A stretch of 62,317 bases of DNA, filler included, from Globobulimina sp. (GCA_003354225.1; 13 parts of 13 records of this genome joined end to end with filler, not necessarily neighbours in it); one strand, 5' to 3'; positions 10,855-22,845 are shown, counted from the first letter of the whole stretch. The notes: generated by a model from the letters alone, not told the origin. Made by a program: numbers and translations.

Positions 10855-13800
10855 AACACTAATTAAATTATCTAATATTGCGGAATTACAATTGTTTCAT
10901 GAATATGTAAAAATTGATAAATTAGTTAGAAAAAGAATGTATATCGCATTTAATTTCACGCCCGAATCATTCTGGCATTATTGGAACGTATATAGGCATT
11001 CACAGACTGCATTGTCAGACTTTTTTAGCAATCGTAGCAGTGTAAGAAGAATAAGTGTGAATGACCTGAGTTATACGTCGGGCATTTTAGACAGAACAGA
11101 CATTACAGAGTCGACACGGCATAGTTTTGAGAGCGAAGAAAAGCAGTTTATACTCAATATCGATAACGTAGAAAAACAGAGTATGGCCAATATTGACATT
11201 GAAGCAGTTGCAGATGACACAAAAGAGAATGATAAGACTCTGCGTATCGATGACATTGCAGACAGCGAAGAGGAGCCATTAAGAGAACGGAAATTATTCC
11301 GTTTACAACAAGTATTTCAGGCAAACCATACGGCGAAAAGGTGCAGAGTTTGGAAGGCGAAAAGTACAAATTTCAAAGCCAGACAAAGGAGCAAATTAAA
11401 TAGAATTAAAAACAAAGTGGCGGTGAAACGAAAATGTGCGATTTTGCGTAAAAAATGTGCATTTATTTTGAAGGCGGAAGCATTGAAAATTGCGCCAAAG
11501 CAAATATTGCCGAAAACAGACGAAACCATACAAATTCATCCGGGTTTTGAAAAATTAGTAGCTCGGAGTAGAAATTATGTGGTTAACCCGAAATATTTCG
11601 ACTTCAATAATCTATTTATCGGCTTATTTAATCTGAGAAATTCATGCCGAACATGGTATAATTCCATTTTTAATAATAATAAAAATAAAATTGAACAAAA
11701 AGTCGAGGCAAAATACGATGACAATACGTGGAGTGATTGGAAGCCGTATTTAGTAAACAACAAAGATCGAAGATATTATTGTCAAACATCAGGCAATATG
11801 CACTTAGAAGCATTTTTAAATGAATTTGAGTCGTTATTATACGACAAATGTCTGCAGAATCAATCGACAGTGAGATATAAATTGAATTTATCGGACATTG
11901 AAGAGGAAGCATACATGGAATGTATAGAAATTAACCAAAAACATGACGATCCAAATCGAAATGTTATGGTTAAAGAAGACAAAGGGTCGTTGTATATGGT
12001 TACGACGGCGACGGTGTTAAACAATTTAGTATTAAAAACGTTGCCGAATCTGGGATTTGAAAAGGTAAATAATTACGATTGGGACTCAGAAATTAGTATT
12101 TTGACACACATTTTATCAAAGTGGGTCGACGCAGGCGAACTAAAAGAAGAACAATTTCCTGCAAAATTTCATTACCGCGACGCAAATTTATATGCATTGT
12201 GGAAAACACATAAAAAGAAGCCGTCAATTCGATTAATCTCATCATTTATTGGTACGTTTTGGGAATCAACCGACAAATTCCTGGATTACTTAATTACGCC
12301 AATCTGGAATAAAGAGCTTAAAAAAGGCTTTTTATTAAAGGATACGAAGGATTTGGTGCAGCGTGTTATTGCTTTTAATGAAAATAAGCAGATCCAATGG
12401 CGTATAAAGGACAGGAAGGATTTCATAGTTTGGTCCTTCGACGTCGTTAAGTTATATCCCTCATGGCGCAGAAATTAGATGAATGTAAGGATTTGTTACC
12501 GGCGCAGAAATTACATGAATGTAAGGATTTGTTACCAGCGCACCCTTCGAAGGACTGTATCTTAGACCTATTAAACGAAGCGTTACGGCGTGGTGTGGTG
12601 GTATGGAACGGAGAGCATTTCATAAAACGTAGAGGATGCGGAATGGGCAGATCCTGGGCGTGCCGCTACGCAGATTTAAGTATCGCAGTTTATGACGATT
12701 TATTAAGGGATTGGGCATGGAGTGATCGCCAATCTGCATTGGAGGTGTTAATGGACGGTAGATTCAGGGATGACTTCTTTGGAGCGGGTTGCGGAGATAT
12801 CTTTGATTTAAAATGTTTACTGTTTGCTATGAACGCAGTGAATGAGTCATTGCAATTTACGTTGGATTATCATTACGTGGACAGAGATGTAGATAAAAAC
12901 GGGAAATATTTGGAAATATTGGATACCAAATTTTTGGTACAACGGAAACTAAAACAATTCGAAGATACGGAATTTATGGGTTGGGATATTGCGGTGGATG
13001 TTCATTCGAAAGAAACTGACACACATTGCACTTTACAAAATGATTCGTGTCATGTCAGTCACCAGAAACGTGGTACAATCTCGTCATCGGCACTACGGAT
13101 AAGAAGCATTTGCGACGATCAATTTATTGATAATCAATTTAAAAATTATAAAAGTTATATGATCGCAAGAGATTATGATGTATGGCAAGTTAATAATATC
13201 TTTAATAAATATAGGAAATTATCCAAAAAACAAGCATTAAAAATATGTAAACAGCCGTATTACATTCGGGAAAAACGAAAAAAGAAATATTTTGCCGACG
13301 ATGAAATAACTATGAACCAAATTGCAAATCGAGTCAAAGACAAATTATTTTGGTTTGTGGTAAAATATCACAATAATTTGCCGAATATTTATGAAGCATT
13401 GAGAACAGCGTACGATCATTGGATGAAAAAGGATGCAAAATTAGCGGCAATTTTTCCATTGGAAAAGTTTAAAATTAGCTATAAATGCTATAGCAAATTA
13501 GATGCGATTATATCTCCGAACACTTTCAGATTAGATTCAGATGAAAAACAGTCGGATTTTATGGACGAAGCAATGATAAATTTTTGCAATGCCGGCAAAA
13601 CAATATTCATTGATAAAAATAAAATAATTTATGATAATTTGGAAAAGTGGGAAGGTTTTATGTGTTGCCAGAAATTAAAAGAGTTGAATGTGACGCAGGG
13701 AAAAGACGATTGTGTCTGTAGAATTTATCCGGATATCATGAATAATATAAAAAAATGGAAGTCGCCAATCACGGGACAGTCGGTAAAATGTCACAGATCG

Positions 13801-14322
13801 TCCTGTTTTTCACGGGATATCGTCTACGTAATTGATTGTACGAATTGCGGCAAATCATATTTTGGCAAATGTGGACGTGGAAAAAACAGTAACCGCCAAT
13901 TTAAGACTAGAACAAGGGAGCACACCCGAGATATCCTAAAAGTGTACAAAATATTAATCGATAATAATTTCTATAATAATAAGGGTATTATTAGTAATAA
14001 TATCGGTGAGTTGGCGTTGATTCTAAGGGGGATAAAGAAGGATTATACGGGGGAAGTTTTACACTTTTTAGGATTGGATGGATCAAAATGTTATATGAAT
14101 AACAAGGGAAATCCATTAATTTTGATGAAAACTTGCGTCTTAAAACAACAAAAAGGCGAAAACAGATTTGTAATGGAAGCCAAACTATGCAGAGAAGAGA
14201 TTTTCTATCAAACTCAATTTTGTGCGACGACGCATGGTATGAATAGTTGTAAAGATGTGAGTAATACGGGAACGTTTTCGCGGGATTTCTCGAAAAAAGT
14301 TGAGAGCAAGCGCAATGATGAA
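10811..14322 (+). CDS. Penelope-like (Neptune-like) reverse transcriptase + GIY-YIG endonuclease, split by a frameshift at about 12463, 3' truncated
   Basis: PLE RT motifs: KEDKG, LYALWKTHK..PSIRLISS, SFDVVKLYPS, GCGMG..ACRYADL, RFRDD, EILD, VHSKETD...SCH. Endonuclease motifs: SCFSRDIVYVIDCTNCGKSYFGK..RTREH, HF, E, GMN. Confidence 0.9.
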
Positions 14323-14422
14323 NNNNNNNNNNNNNNNNNNNNNNNNNNNNNNNNNNNNNNNNNNNNTTAATTAATTAANNNNNNNNNNNNNNNNNNNNNN
14401 NNNNNNNNNNNNNNNNNNNNNN

Positions 14423-15447
14423 AGGACCAAGTTTCCGTACCCGGCACCAACAATACTGTCGCCGTAAACCGCGAGCTTGTCTTGTTGAATTTCCAGCGCT
14501 TCCTCAATTCGGCCGCTAAGGGCATAGGCCCGAACGAACCCGTTCAAAAGAGACGGAAAATTAGGGCTGATTAGCGATGCCGAGTGCAGCTCTCTTATCG
14601 CATTTTCGTATTGGCCGTCGTAGAGATAAAAGTAGCTCACTTCAGCATCAACGGTAACCGATGCCAACTCTACGTTGTCTGCCGCATTAGCTGCACCAGC
14701 TGGCAATGGCGGTTTATCCACGGTAAAAAACCAATAAACCACTGCCATGACAGCATACATACAGCCTGGTACTAACATACATACTCTCCACGCTGTATTT
14801 GGACCCAAATTGTAGGCCGAACGGAAATGTTTCTCTAAAACGGGCATGAAAAAATTGGCACATCCACCACCAAAATTACCCCAACCGGCAGAGGTTGCGT
14901 TGGCAGTACCAACTGTTTTACCCGCAAACATTTTCGTTGTATGATACTGTGTAATAACGAAGGCTCCACCAACAACACCAATAAATAGAGAGGTTACAAT
15001 ATAACCCGGCGGTGTTTGTACTAATGCCATTCCACAGACAGGGAACACACAGACAGCTAATAAGACGCAATAAGATCTTCGTGAACCGACTTTATCACAT
15101 AACCAACCAATAAGAACTCGGAATACTACTGTTGATGCCACGGAACATCCGCCCGCTAATGCTTTATCCACATCGCTTAAACCTAAATCCGCTTTAATTT
15201 GTGTAAATAAATTTGCCGTTGCAAACCAACCAAAAAAGCACAACCAGAATGTAAACCATGTAATATGGAAAACGCGGATTTGAATTGCTTTACAATAACA
15301 AAGCCATAATCTGGTTGCTTGACCATGTTGATTTGTTGGTATTTTACGTGCTCCACTATTTGATTGGTTTTGGTTTTGGTTTGTAACATCGGTTTGTTCT
15401 GCTTCTTGAATTAATGATGATGATTTATTGGGTTCTTCCTCAGCCAT
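14423..15447 (-). CDS. NRT2: High-affinity nitrate transporter (NNP/NRT2, MFS), N-terminal 6 TM; last ~215 bp switch to unrelated TPR-like sequence
   Basis: FHITWFTFWLCFFGWFA, IGWLCDKVGSR, and nitrate signature GTANATSAGWGNFGGG. Confidence 0.9.
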
Positions 15448-15794
15448 GATTTAAATGATTGTAATCGATATGGACGGAGTAAATAAGTCAATGAGATCTG
15501 TACACGTCAACAACGACAACGACAGATTTTAATCAGCTGACTATTTATTATCTGAACGTACAATGGAGTTTACGAAACGTTTATGTGTTTCTAATGTTGT
15601 ACACGACCAAAGGCCAGGAAGTATTGTTAAAGAAAGAAAGAAGTAAGGTTTTTTGGTTGAAAATGAAAAAGTGATTTTGGAAAGTCTTGACCTATGATTT
15701 AGAAACGTTTATATTTGTAGGAGTTGTTTGAGTTAAATAATATAAAACCGCTTACAGATAGATTAAAAAAACTAGAAATGTGCAATGAAACAAA

Positions 15795-16847
15795 TTATAT
15801 ACTATGACGTTTACCATCAGACAAGTCATTATTTCTAGCATGCTGAAATTGAGTATGAGCACTATTTCTATCGCCACTATTTTGTAATTCCATGACCGAT
15901 GATGTTCTAATACGCCCTTTCGACATTCTGGTGCTCTTTTTTAGTGTTTTGTTGGCACACAATGAGCAACATTGGAGGCAACAATCTATACAAACACCAC
16001 AAAATACATTATAACAATATGAACCAGAATGGAGAATGAAAAATATGCACAAAATGTTAATGATACAATCAATTCCAAATACAAAAAATATAATATTGCG
16101 CAAATCAGCAAATAATGATAATAATAATATTCCGTTGATACATATTGCAGTGGATATTGTAGCAATTGTTGATGGTAATGTTATTTTGGACATTGTCTGC
16201 GTTAATTGTTCGTGCTGATTGATATTGTTTAATAAAGCTCCATCTTCATTGCTATTGTTGACGTTTACAAAGTTATTTGCACTGAGATTATAAGAAGCAA
16301 ATAATTTCGGATCATTGGGATCAAATTCTTTATGATCACACATTATATTAAATAACTTCCAATTAAATTGATAAATGATAATTATTGATAATATCAAATT
16401 GATTGTTACTAAAATAATAGTTAGAGACAGCAACACATTGCAAATCAGAATGCAGAATAATATTCCTAACATCAACAGTATTCCACACAGAACAGTGATC
16501 CATATATATTTAGATATTTTGTATAGCTGATTATATTCTGTCGCAATAAACAGAAATTCTAAACGTTTGATGAGAAATATATATTTGAATAAGTGACCAG
16601 CAGTATATGTAAACAGACAAAGTTGCTGTTGTACCAGAAATGAATATTGCCAAATTAACAAAGAAACCAATATGGAATGAACCATAAAACATATAATTGA
16701 AAATATTGCATAGCAAATAACTGTTGACGGCAATAAGGCGTATTTACGTTTTTTAATGTGTATCGATGTCACTATGATTATAAATCCAACTAGTAATGTG
16801 AATAATTGTGCTCCAAAACATGCCAACTTTGTATTTGAAAAGTACAT
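15795..16847 (-). CDS. Orphan multi-pass (about 7 TM) membrane protein, GPCR-like topology
   Basis: Seven hydrophobic segments and a Cys-rich juxtamembrane tail. Confidence 0.6.
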   Translation of the reverse strand: MYFSNTKLACFGAQLFTLLVGFIIIVTSIHIKKRKYALLPSTVICYAIFSIICFMVHSILVSLLIWQYSFLVQQQLCLFTYTAGHLFKYIFLIKRLEFLFIATEYNQLYKISKYIWITVLCGILLMLGILFCILICNVLLSLTIILVTINLILSIIIIYQFNWKLFNIMCDHKEFDPNDPKLFASYNLSANNFVNVNNSNEDGALLNNINQHEQLTQTMSKITLPSTIATISTAICINGILLLSLFADLRNIIFFVFGIDCIINILCIFFILHSGSYCYNVFCGVCIDCCLQCCSLCANKTLKKSTRMSKGRIRTSSVMELQNSGDRNSAHTQFQHARNNDLSDGKRHSI

Positions 16848-16977
16848 TGGTTAAATATATATGTCACAAAAGTTTCGGAAAACCCCAGGTTTTTCGACTT
16901 AAACACGTATTAAATGAGGCTTAAAAACATTTTCTGGAAAGTTCTGCTGCAAACACAAACGCGACAAACCATATCCA

Positions 16978-18810
16978 ATGAACAAGCTGCCACGAAACTT
17001 GAATCGACATACGTCAGCATATGATGTGATGAAATCATGTCTAAACAAAGGGAAATATCAGCAAACATTGGAAATTTACGACAAGATAACTCAACAAGAA
17101 AAAAATGATTATTGTGATTTGCTGGCGCTGAAAGCATGTATTCGCATTGGTAATTTTGCAAAAGGTAAAGAAATACACAAACAAATTGAAAGTTATTTGC
17201 ATGAAAATGAATATTTGCAAAGTACATTGATTTACTTTTATGGCGAGAACGCAGATATAAATAATGCATTAAATATATTCAATAATATTGAAGAATCAAA
17301 GAGAGACATTGTAATAATGACATCTATGATGAAAGCATATAATAATTGTTTAATGTACAAAGAAGCATTGGATTTATACAATGCCAATATAACAATTGAT
17401 AATAATAAGAAGAAGCCCATCGCGCATTTGTTGGCCTTAAAGGCATGTACAAATATCAACGACTATGAAAAGGGCAAAGAAATTCACTCTACAATAAATA
17501 AACTGAACATTACCAATAATAATTATCATATCGCAACTGAATTGATTAACTTTTATGGCAAATGTCATGATATTGAGAATGCAGAAAAAGTATTCAATTC
17601 AAACAGAAACAATTCAAAAAGCGTGATATGTATTGCTTCCATGTTAACTGCATATAATAATAACAAACAATATACACAAACAATAAAATTATATGAGATT
17701 AGTATAAGTTGCAATTGTGTAAAAGCACTGCAATGGAATGATACAGCATTGCTACAAACACTCAAAGCATGTGTTAATACGAGAGATATACAGAAAGGAA
17801 AAGAAATTGCTTGCTTAATTGCTAAAATAATGAACAATAATAATATAAATACATTGCGAGTTAAAACTGCGTTGATACAATTTTATGGTTCAACGCTTGT
17901 TTGTGATATTGAAACAGCAGAAAATATGTATGATAGTATTAATAATACGAAAAAAGATATATTTGTTGTTGATGTGTTGATGGAGGCCTATTGTAATAAT
18001 AATTTATATAATAAATGCTTGGAATTGTATAGAGATATGAATACGAATGCGATTAATGATAATATTAAACCAGATTTATTGACTTATATCAATGTGTTGA
18101 AAGCATGTACGCATGAAACATCTTATTATTTTGGTAAACTTATTCATGACAAATTAAAACAAGACTTATTTGGTAGATATATATTAAAACATAAAGAGAT
18201 TCAAATTGAATTTATTAACTTTTATGCAAAATGTGGCATAATGGATAAATGTGAGGAAATAATGGATGATATTTTTAATTTTGAATTTGATAAATTTGTG
18301 TCAGAAATTGGAATATGGAATGCAATGATACATGGATATGGGAGAAATTTTGATTTAGAAAACGTAAAAAATGTTTATGACAGAATGATAAATGAGATTG
18401 GTCTGCAACCAGATTGTCAAACATATGTTGTATTAATTAAAGCATACAGTAACTGTGGAAATATTGAATATGTGAAAAGAATTTGGCAATATGAAATTAT
18501 GGATGATAATATTAAATATAATGAATATGTGATGACAGTGTTAATTGATTGCATGGCAAAGAAAGGTTTACTAAATGAGTCAAAACAATTAATTATTGAT
18601 TATCACAGTAATTGTAAAGTTATGTGGATGTCATTGTTGAGTGCAGCACATAAATATAATAAAATTCATTTTGTAGATAAAGTATATCACGAAATGGAAG
18701 ACAGATTCAATGATGACATACAATATATGACAACTGCTTCTGTCCTGATTTCAAATGCATATGCATCCGCATCAGATTCTCATGTTGAAAATGTTTTTCT
18801 CAACAAATAA
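16978..18810 (+). CDS. Pentatricopeptide-repeat protein (PLS-like) ending in an E-domain-like segment
   Basis: Repeated LKAC...GKEIH / LIxFYG / WNAMIHGYG units, PDxxTY motifs, and terminal WMSLLSA...ASVLISNAYA. Confidence 0.9.
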   Translation: MNKLPRNLNRHTSAYDVMKSCLNKGKYQQTLEIYDKITQQEKNDYCDLLALKACIRIGNFAKGKEIHKQIESYLHENEYLQSTLIYFYGENADINNALNIFNNIEESKRDIVIMTSMMKAYNNCLMYKEALDLYNANITIDNNKKKPIAHLLALKACTNINDYEKGKEIHSTINKLNITNNNYHIATELINFYGKCHDIENAEKVFNSNRNNSKSVICIASMLTAYNNNKQYTQTIKLYEISISCNCVKALQWNDTALLQTLKACVNTRDIQKGKEIACLIAKIMNNNNINTLRVKTALIQFYGSTLVCDIETAENMYDSINNTKKDIFVVDVLMEAYCNNNLYNKCLELYRDMNTNAINDNIKPDLLTYINVLKACTHETSYYFGKLIHDKLKQDLFGRYILKHKEIQIEFINFYAKCGIMDKCEEIMDDIFNFEFDKFVSEIGIWNAMIHGYGRNFDLENVKNVYDRMINEIGLQPDCQTYVVLIKAYSNCGNIEYVKRIWQYEIMDDNIKYNEYVMTVLIDCMAKKGLLNESKQLIIDYHSNCKVMWMSLLSAAHKYNKIHFVDKVYHEMEDRFNDDIQYMTTASVLISNAYASASDSHVENVFLNK

Positions 18811-19340
18811 CTAGATGTACCACTAATGATTCATTGTTTTCAATTTTAATATTAAACTAAATGTCTCAAAAGATTTTGAATGAATGCTTAAATATATTTG
18901 AACGGATATGTTTTCCAACAATTTTACCAGATCCAAAATACACAGATATAATTCCCGATCATCTGGAAAGACAAGTTATGATTAACGCTGGATTAAATTT
19001 CATTTTATTATTAACCTATTTTCCTTCCTTTTAATCACATTAAAATTGCACAATATTTAACTGACAGTGGCTTATATATTAATATTCAAAGTAAATGGGG
19101 CTTTTCAGGTATTACACGTGCATATTNNNNNNNNNNNNNNNNNNNNNNNNNNNNNNNNNNNNNNNNNNNNTTAATTAATTAANNNNNNNNNNNNNNNNNN
19201 NNNNNNNNNNNNNNNNNNNNNNNNNNCTTGAGGTTATATGTTAATTTCCTATTCAGTAATTGACAAAAAACAGTGGACTATCATTTTTTCTGGGACACCC
19301 TGTATACTGGAACATCAGCAGCTGACAGTTAGCACAAAAT

Positions 19341-19583
19341 ATGAGAGATATTGGGTTGACCGTTGCGGATAATGCAAATAGAGGGGGCCATATGTTGGGG
19401 ATTCATTTTGATCCGAAACATATTTCCGGAGAAGAGATATTGAATAATATGAAAAAAGAAAACTTTTATTTGTCGATAAGAGCGGGAGCAATAAGGATTT
19501 CACCTCATTTGTTTGGTAAACAAGATGAATATGAGAAGATTGTGAATGTAATGAAAAATGTCATTTTGCATAAACTTAATTGA
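19341..19583 (+). CDS. C-terminal fragment of a class V aminotransferase / cysteine desulfurase-like protein
   Basis: RGGHMLGI...LSIRAGAIRISPHLF. Confidence 0.65.
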   Translation: MRDIGLTVADNANRGGHMLGIHFDPKHISGEEILNNMKKENFYLSIRAGAIRISPHLFGKQDEYEKIVNVMKNVILHKLN

Positions 19584-19826
19584 CAATTTGCGATATTGAT
19601 ACTGGTCTATTCTACGTTCACAATTTGCATCCCATCCAAGAAAAGATGTTTTTTTGAAAAACGTTGTTCTTGCATCCCTCATGGATAATGGCAGAAACTT
19701 CTACTCATACTTATACACCGGCTATCGGAGCAATCAGCTGCTAATTAATTCTAAAAATAGTTCATAATGCAAAACAATAGAAATTACATCCACTAAACAC
19801 CATTTCTATTTGATTGTAATTATAAA

Positions 19827-22800
19827 ATGGCGACAAAAAACCCGTCAGATTTGGCTGACGCACCAGACATTGTATCGTTAATATATTCAGAAGAAGACGA
19901 TGTCATTGAAAATTTGCGTCTAAGACATAAAAAGAACAGAGTTTACACTGCAATCTCACACATTATGTTAGCAGTCAATCCATACCAAACCTGTCAAATT
20001 TATGGCTCACAAATCATTAAAAATGCGTACGATTCCATTAAACATGGCACTGCCTCTAAAGATCCACATGTTTATCAACTATCAGCTCGCGCATTTAGTT
20101 ATTTATCAGCATATCACCAAAACCAATCCATTGTAGTTTCAGGAGAGTCAGGTTCCGGCAAAACGGAGAACGCAAAGCGATTAATGGAATGTCTAACTGC
20201 TTCAACATCGAATGCAAATCTTGCTGATGAAATAATTCGATGTAACCCTATATTAGAATCATTTGGAAATGCTAAAACTGTGATGAATAATAACTCGTCG
20301 CGCTTTGGTAAATTTACAAAGATTTTATTTGACCAAAACTACAATGTGGTCGGCGCCAAAATTAAAACGTATTTATTAGAAAAGTCTCGCATTGTTTTAC
20401 AAGATATCAACGAGAGAAATTATCACATATTTTACTTAGTGTTTGAAGCACAGAAACATAGTGAATTAAATTTTAACTTATCGTCAGATCTAAATTCATA
20501 TTTTTATCTGTATGGAAATGGCAGTGGAAATGTGCAAGATTTATCTGTTAAGAATAGAAACGATTATGATTATTATGTTGAATTAGAAACTGGTTTTGAC
20601 AAATTACAATTTCAAAGAAGTGATATCAACCAAGTTTATAATGCCGTTGCTTGTGTACTGCATTTGGGACAAATCAGTTTCAAGGAAAATGATAAAGGCT
20701 ATGCACAAATATTAGACGAATGCCATTCTTCCATCGAAAATGCAGCGCGGTTATTGGGCGTAGAAATAAATGCTTTGTCGGAAAGATTGGAGAAGAAGAC
20801 AATAAAAGTTGGTGTGAATATAATCAAAGCAAATTTAAATGTTGACGATGCATATTCCAATCGAGACGCGTTAAGTAAAACAATTTACCATCGTCTTTTT
20901 CTGTGGTTAGTGCTCAAAATATCGAATCGGTTAAGCAATTCTGACGATGGTGATGATGCTAACGATGCGTTTATTGGCATTCTGGATGTTTTTGGCTTCG
21001 AATCGTTTAAAAATAATTCCTTTGAACAGTTAAGTATTTTTTTTATCAACATACACAATCCAAAGAATGCTAAACATTCAAACCACACAGATTCTGTATA
21101 AATTATTGCAACGAAGTTCTGCAACACTTTTTTAATAAATGTGTGATTATATTAGAACAAGAAGAATATTTACGAGAAGGGTTGGCGTGGAACGAGATGG
21201 AGGTTGTATCCAATCGCGATCTCGTAGCTTTGGTCACAAATCCAAAGAATGGGATTTTCGCATTATTGGACTCAGCGTGCCAAATGCCCAAAGGCACAGC
21301 GGATGCATTTTACGATTCTGTGATGCGCAATCATTCAAAGCATAAATTATTAAAAAAGAGTAAAAAAAGGGCTGGTGATGGCAGAGCATTTATTATTATT
21401 CATTATGCTGCAAATGTCGATTATAATTGTTGTTTATTTTTGCATAAGAATCGAGATACAGTGCATTCAGACACTATCAAACTACTCACAAATTCTAAAC
21501 ACAATTTGATTCAGTCGATGATGAAGAACGACGCCAAAAGAAAAGCAAAGCAGATTAAAGGAGTTGGTACTCGCTTCAATAAACAGTTACAAATTTTAAT
21601 GCATGATTTAAAGAAAACTAAATCGTGGTTTCTGCGCTGTTTGAATCCAAACAAAAACAAATCAGCAACAGAATGGAATGAGAGTCATATGAAGAAACAG
21701 TTGCAATGTAATGGTATTATCGAAGCCATTAAAGTGATAAAATTAGGTTATCCGTCACGCGCTGAGCATCAATTTATATTAAAGAAATTTAGTCAATGTT
21801 TGTCAAATAATATTGATGCGTTCAATGGATTCAATATCAGGAAGAAAATCCAATGTATTTTGTGGGGATTGGATGTAAATGCAAATGAATACGAATTAGG
21901 TTTTACAAAAGTATTTTTTCGACCAAATACAAAAAATATATTGGTCGATATTCAGAATCATTCTGGAACGTTTACGGAGGAACAAATTAATTCTATTAAA
22001 AGAAGAACCGCATTGTCAGAGAGCATAGTTATATCTCGTTTGTTACTGTCATATTTAAGATTGTCCAGGGAGTTCATGAGAAAATTGGCAAGAGCTAAAA
22101 GGCGCCAATACCTTCATCAAATGTACATTGCATCAAAGTTTGTATCATCAATGTCAAAGCGTGACAAATCTGTGTCAGATCATGATGAGCCACCACAAGA
22201 AGAAGAATTAGAATTAGAATTAAAATCAGATAATGCCAATGATGAAAAGCCAGAAAGCAGTGATTATGAAAATGACAATGATTCATCTTCAGAATATTCC
22301 TCGTCACAGTATTCATCTTCAGAGGAGGATTCCGGTGATATTGAAAAACAAAACAAACGGTCAGAAACGCAAAAAAAGATTGCAATGCTAGTACGTGCGT
22401 GGTCATTAAATTCGGTGATTGGCGAAACGTTTTTAAAATATGGTCGCAAAGGGTTCCCGCATGAAAGAATGATTCAGGTGGATATCACAGGTTTGTTTTT
22501 GATTTAAATTATTTATTATCTGTTGAAAACAATTAAAAAACAACAGGTCGACAATTGTTATGGGGAACTGGTAGTTTATCAATTAAAAATATAAAAGAAG
22601 TTCGACCCGGTATAACCACGGAGGTTTTAAAGAAACATCAAGGGTTAGAAAGTGAGTTATGTTTAAGTATTGTATTAGAAGACAGAACATTGGATTTGAA
22701 AGCAACAAGAAAGGGACAAAGAAATGTGTGGGTCGCTGCTTTGAGATTATTAAGTGGGAAATCAAAAGCTGCAAAATTATTTCGAAAAATGAGAACTCTT

Positions 22801-22845
22801 CACGTCACACAACAATTGCAAAACAAAAGTAAAAAAGCAATGTAA
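19827..22845 (+). CDS. Myosin with C-terminal PH domain; introns 21029-21090 and 22491-22546
   Basis: P-loop GESGSGKTE, NNNSSRFGKF, LDVFGFE, and spliced FEQFCINYCNE. The tail FLKYGRKG..LWG..IKEVRPG..CLSIV..RTLDL..WV resembles PLC/Num1-type PH. Confidence 0.92.

Larger units (their letters stand above)
9618..14322 (+). mobile_element. Putative composite retroelement: YR - ORF1 - PLE RT/GIY-YIG (both ends missing)
   Basis: Three co-oriented, intronless ORFs with a 70-bp gap and a 44-bp overlap fill the whole contig. Confidence 0.6.

Noticed and set aside
9618-14322. Hammerhead ribozyme / pLTR expected for a PLE, or LTR/ICR expected for DIRS
   Set aside because: No convincing CTGANGA..GAAA core or terminal repeat was seen by eye. 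Both ends are off-contig, so absence is uninformative.
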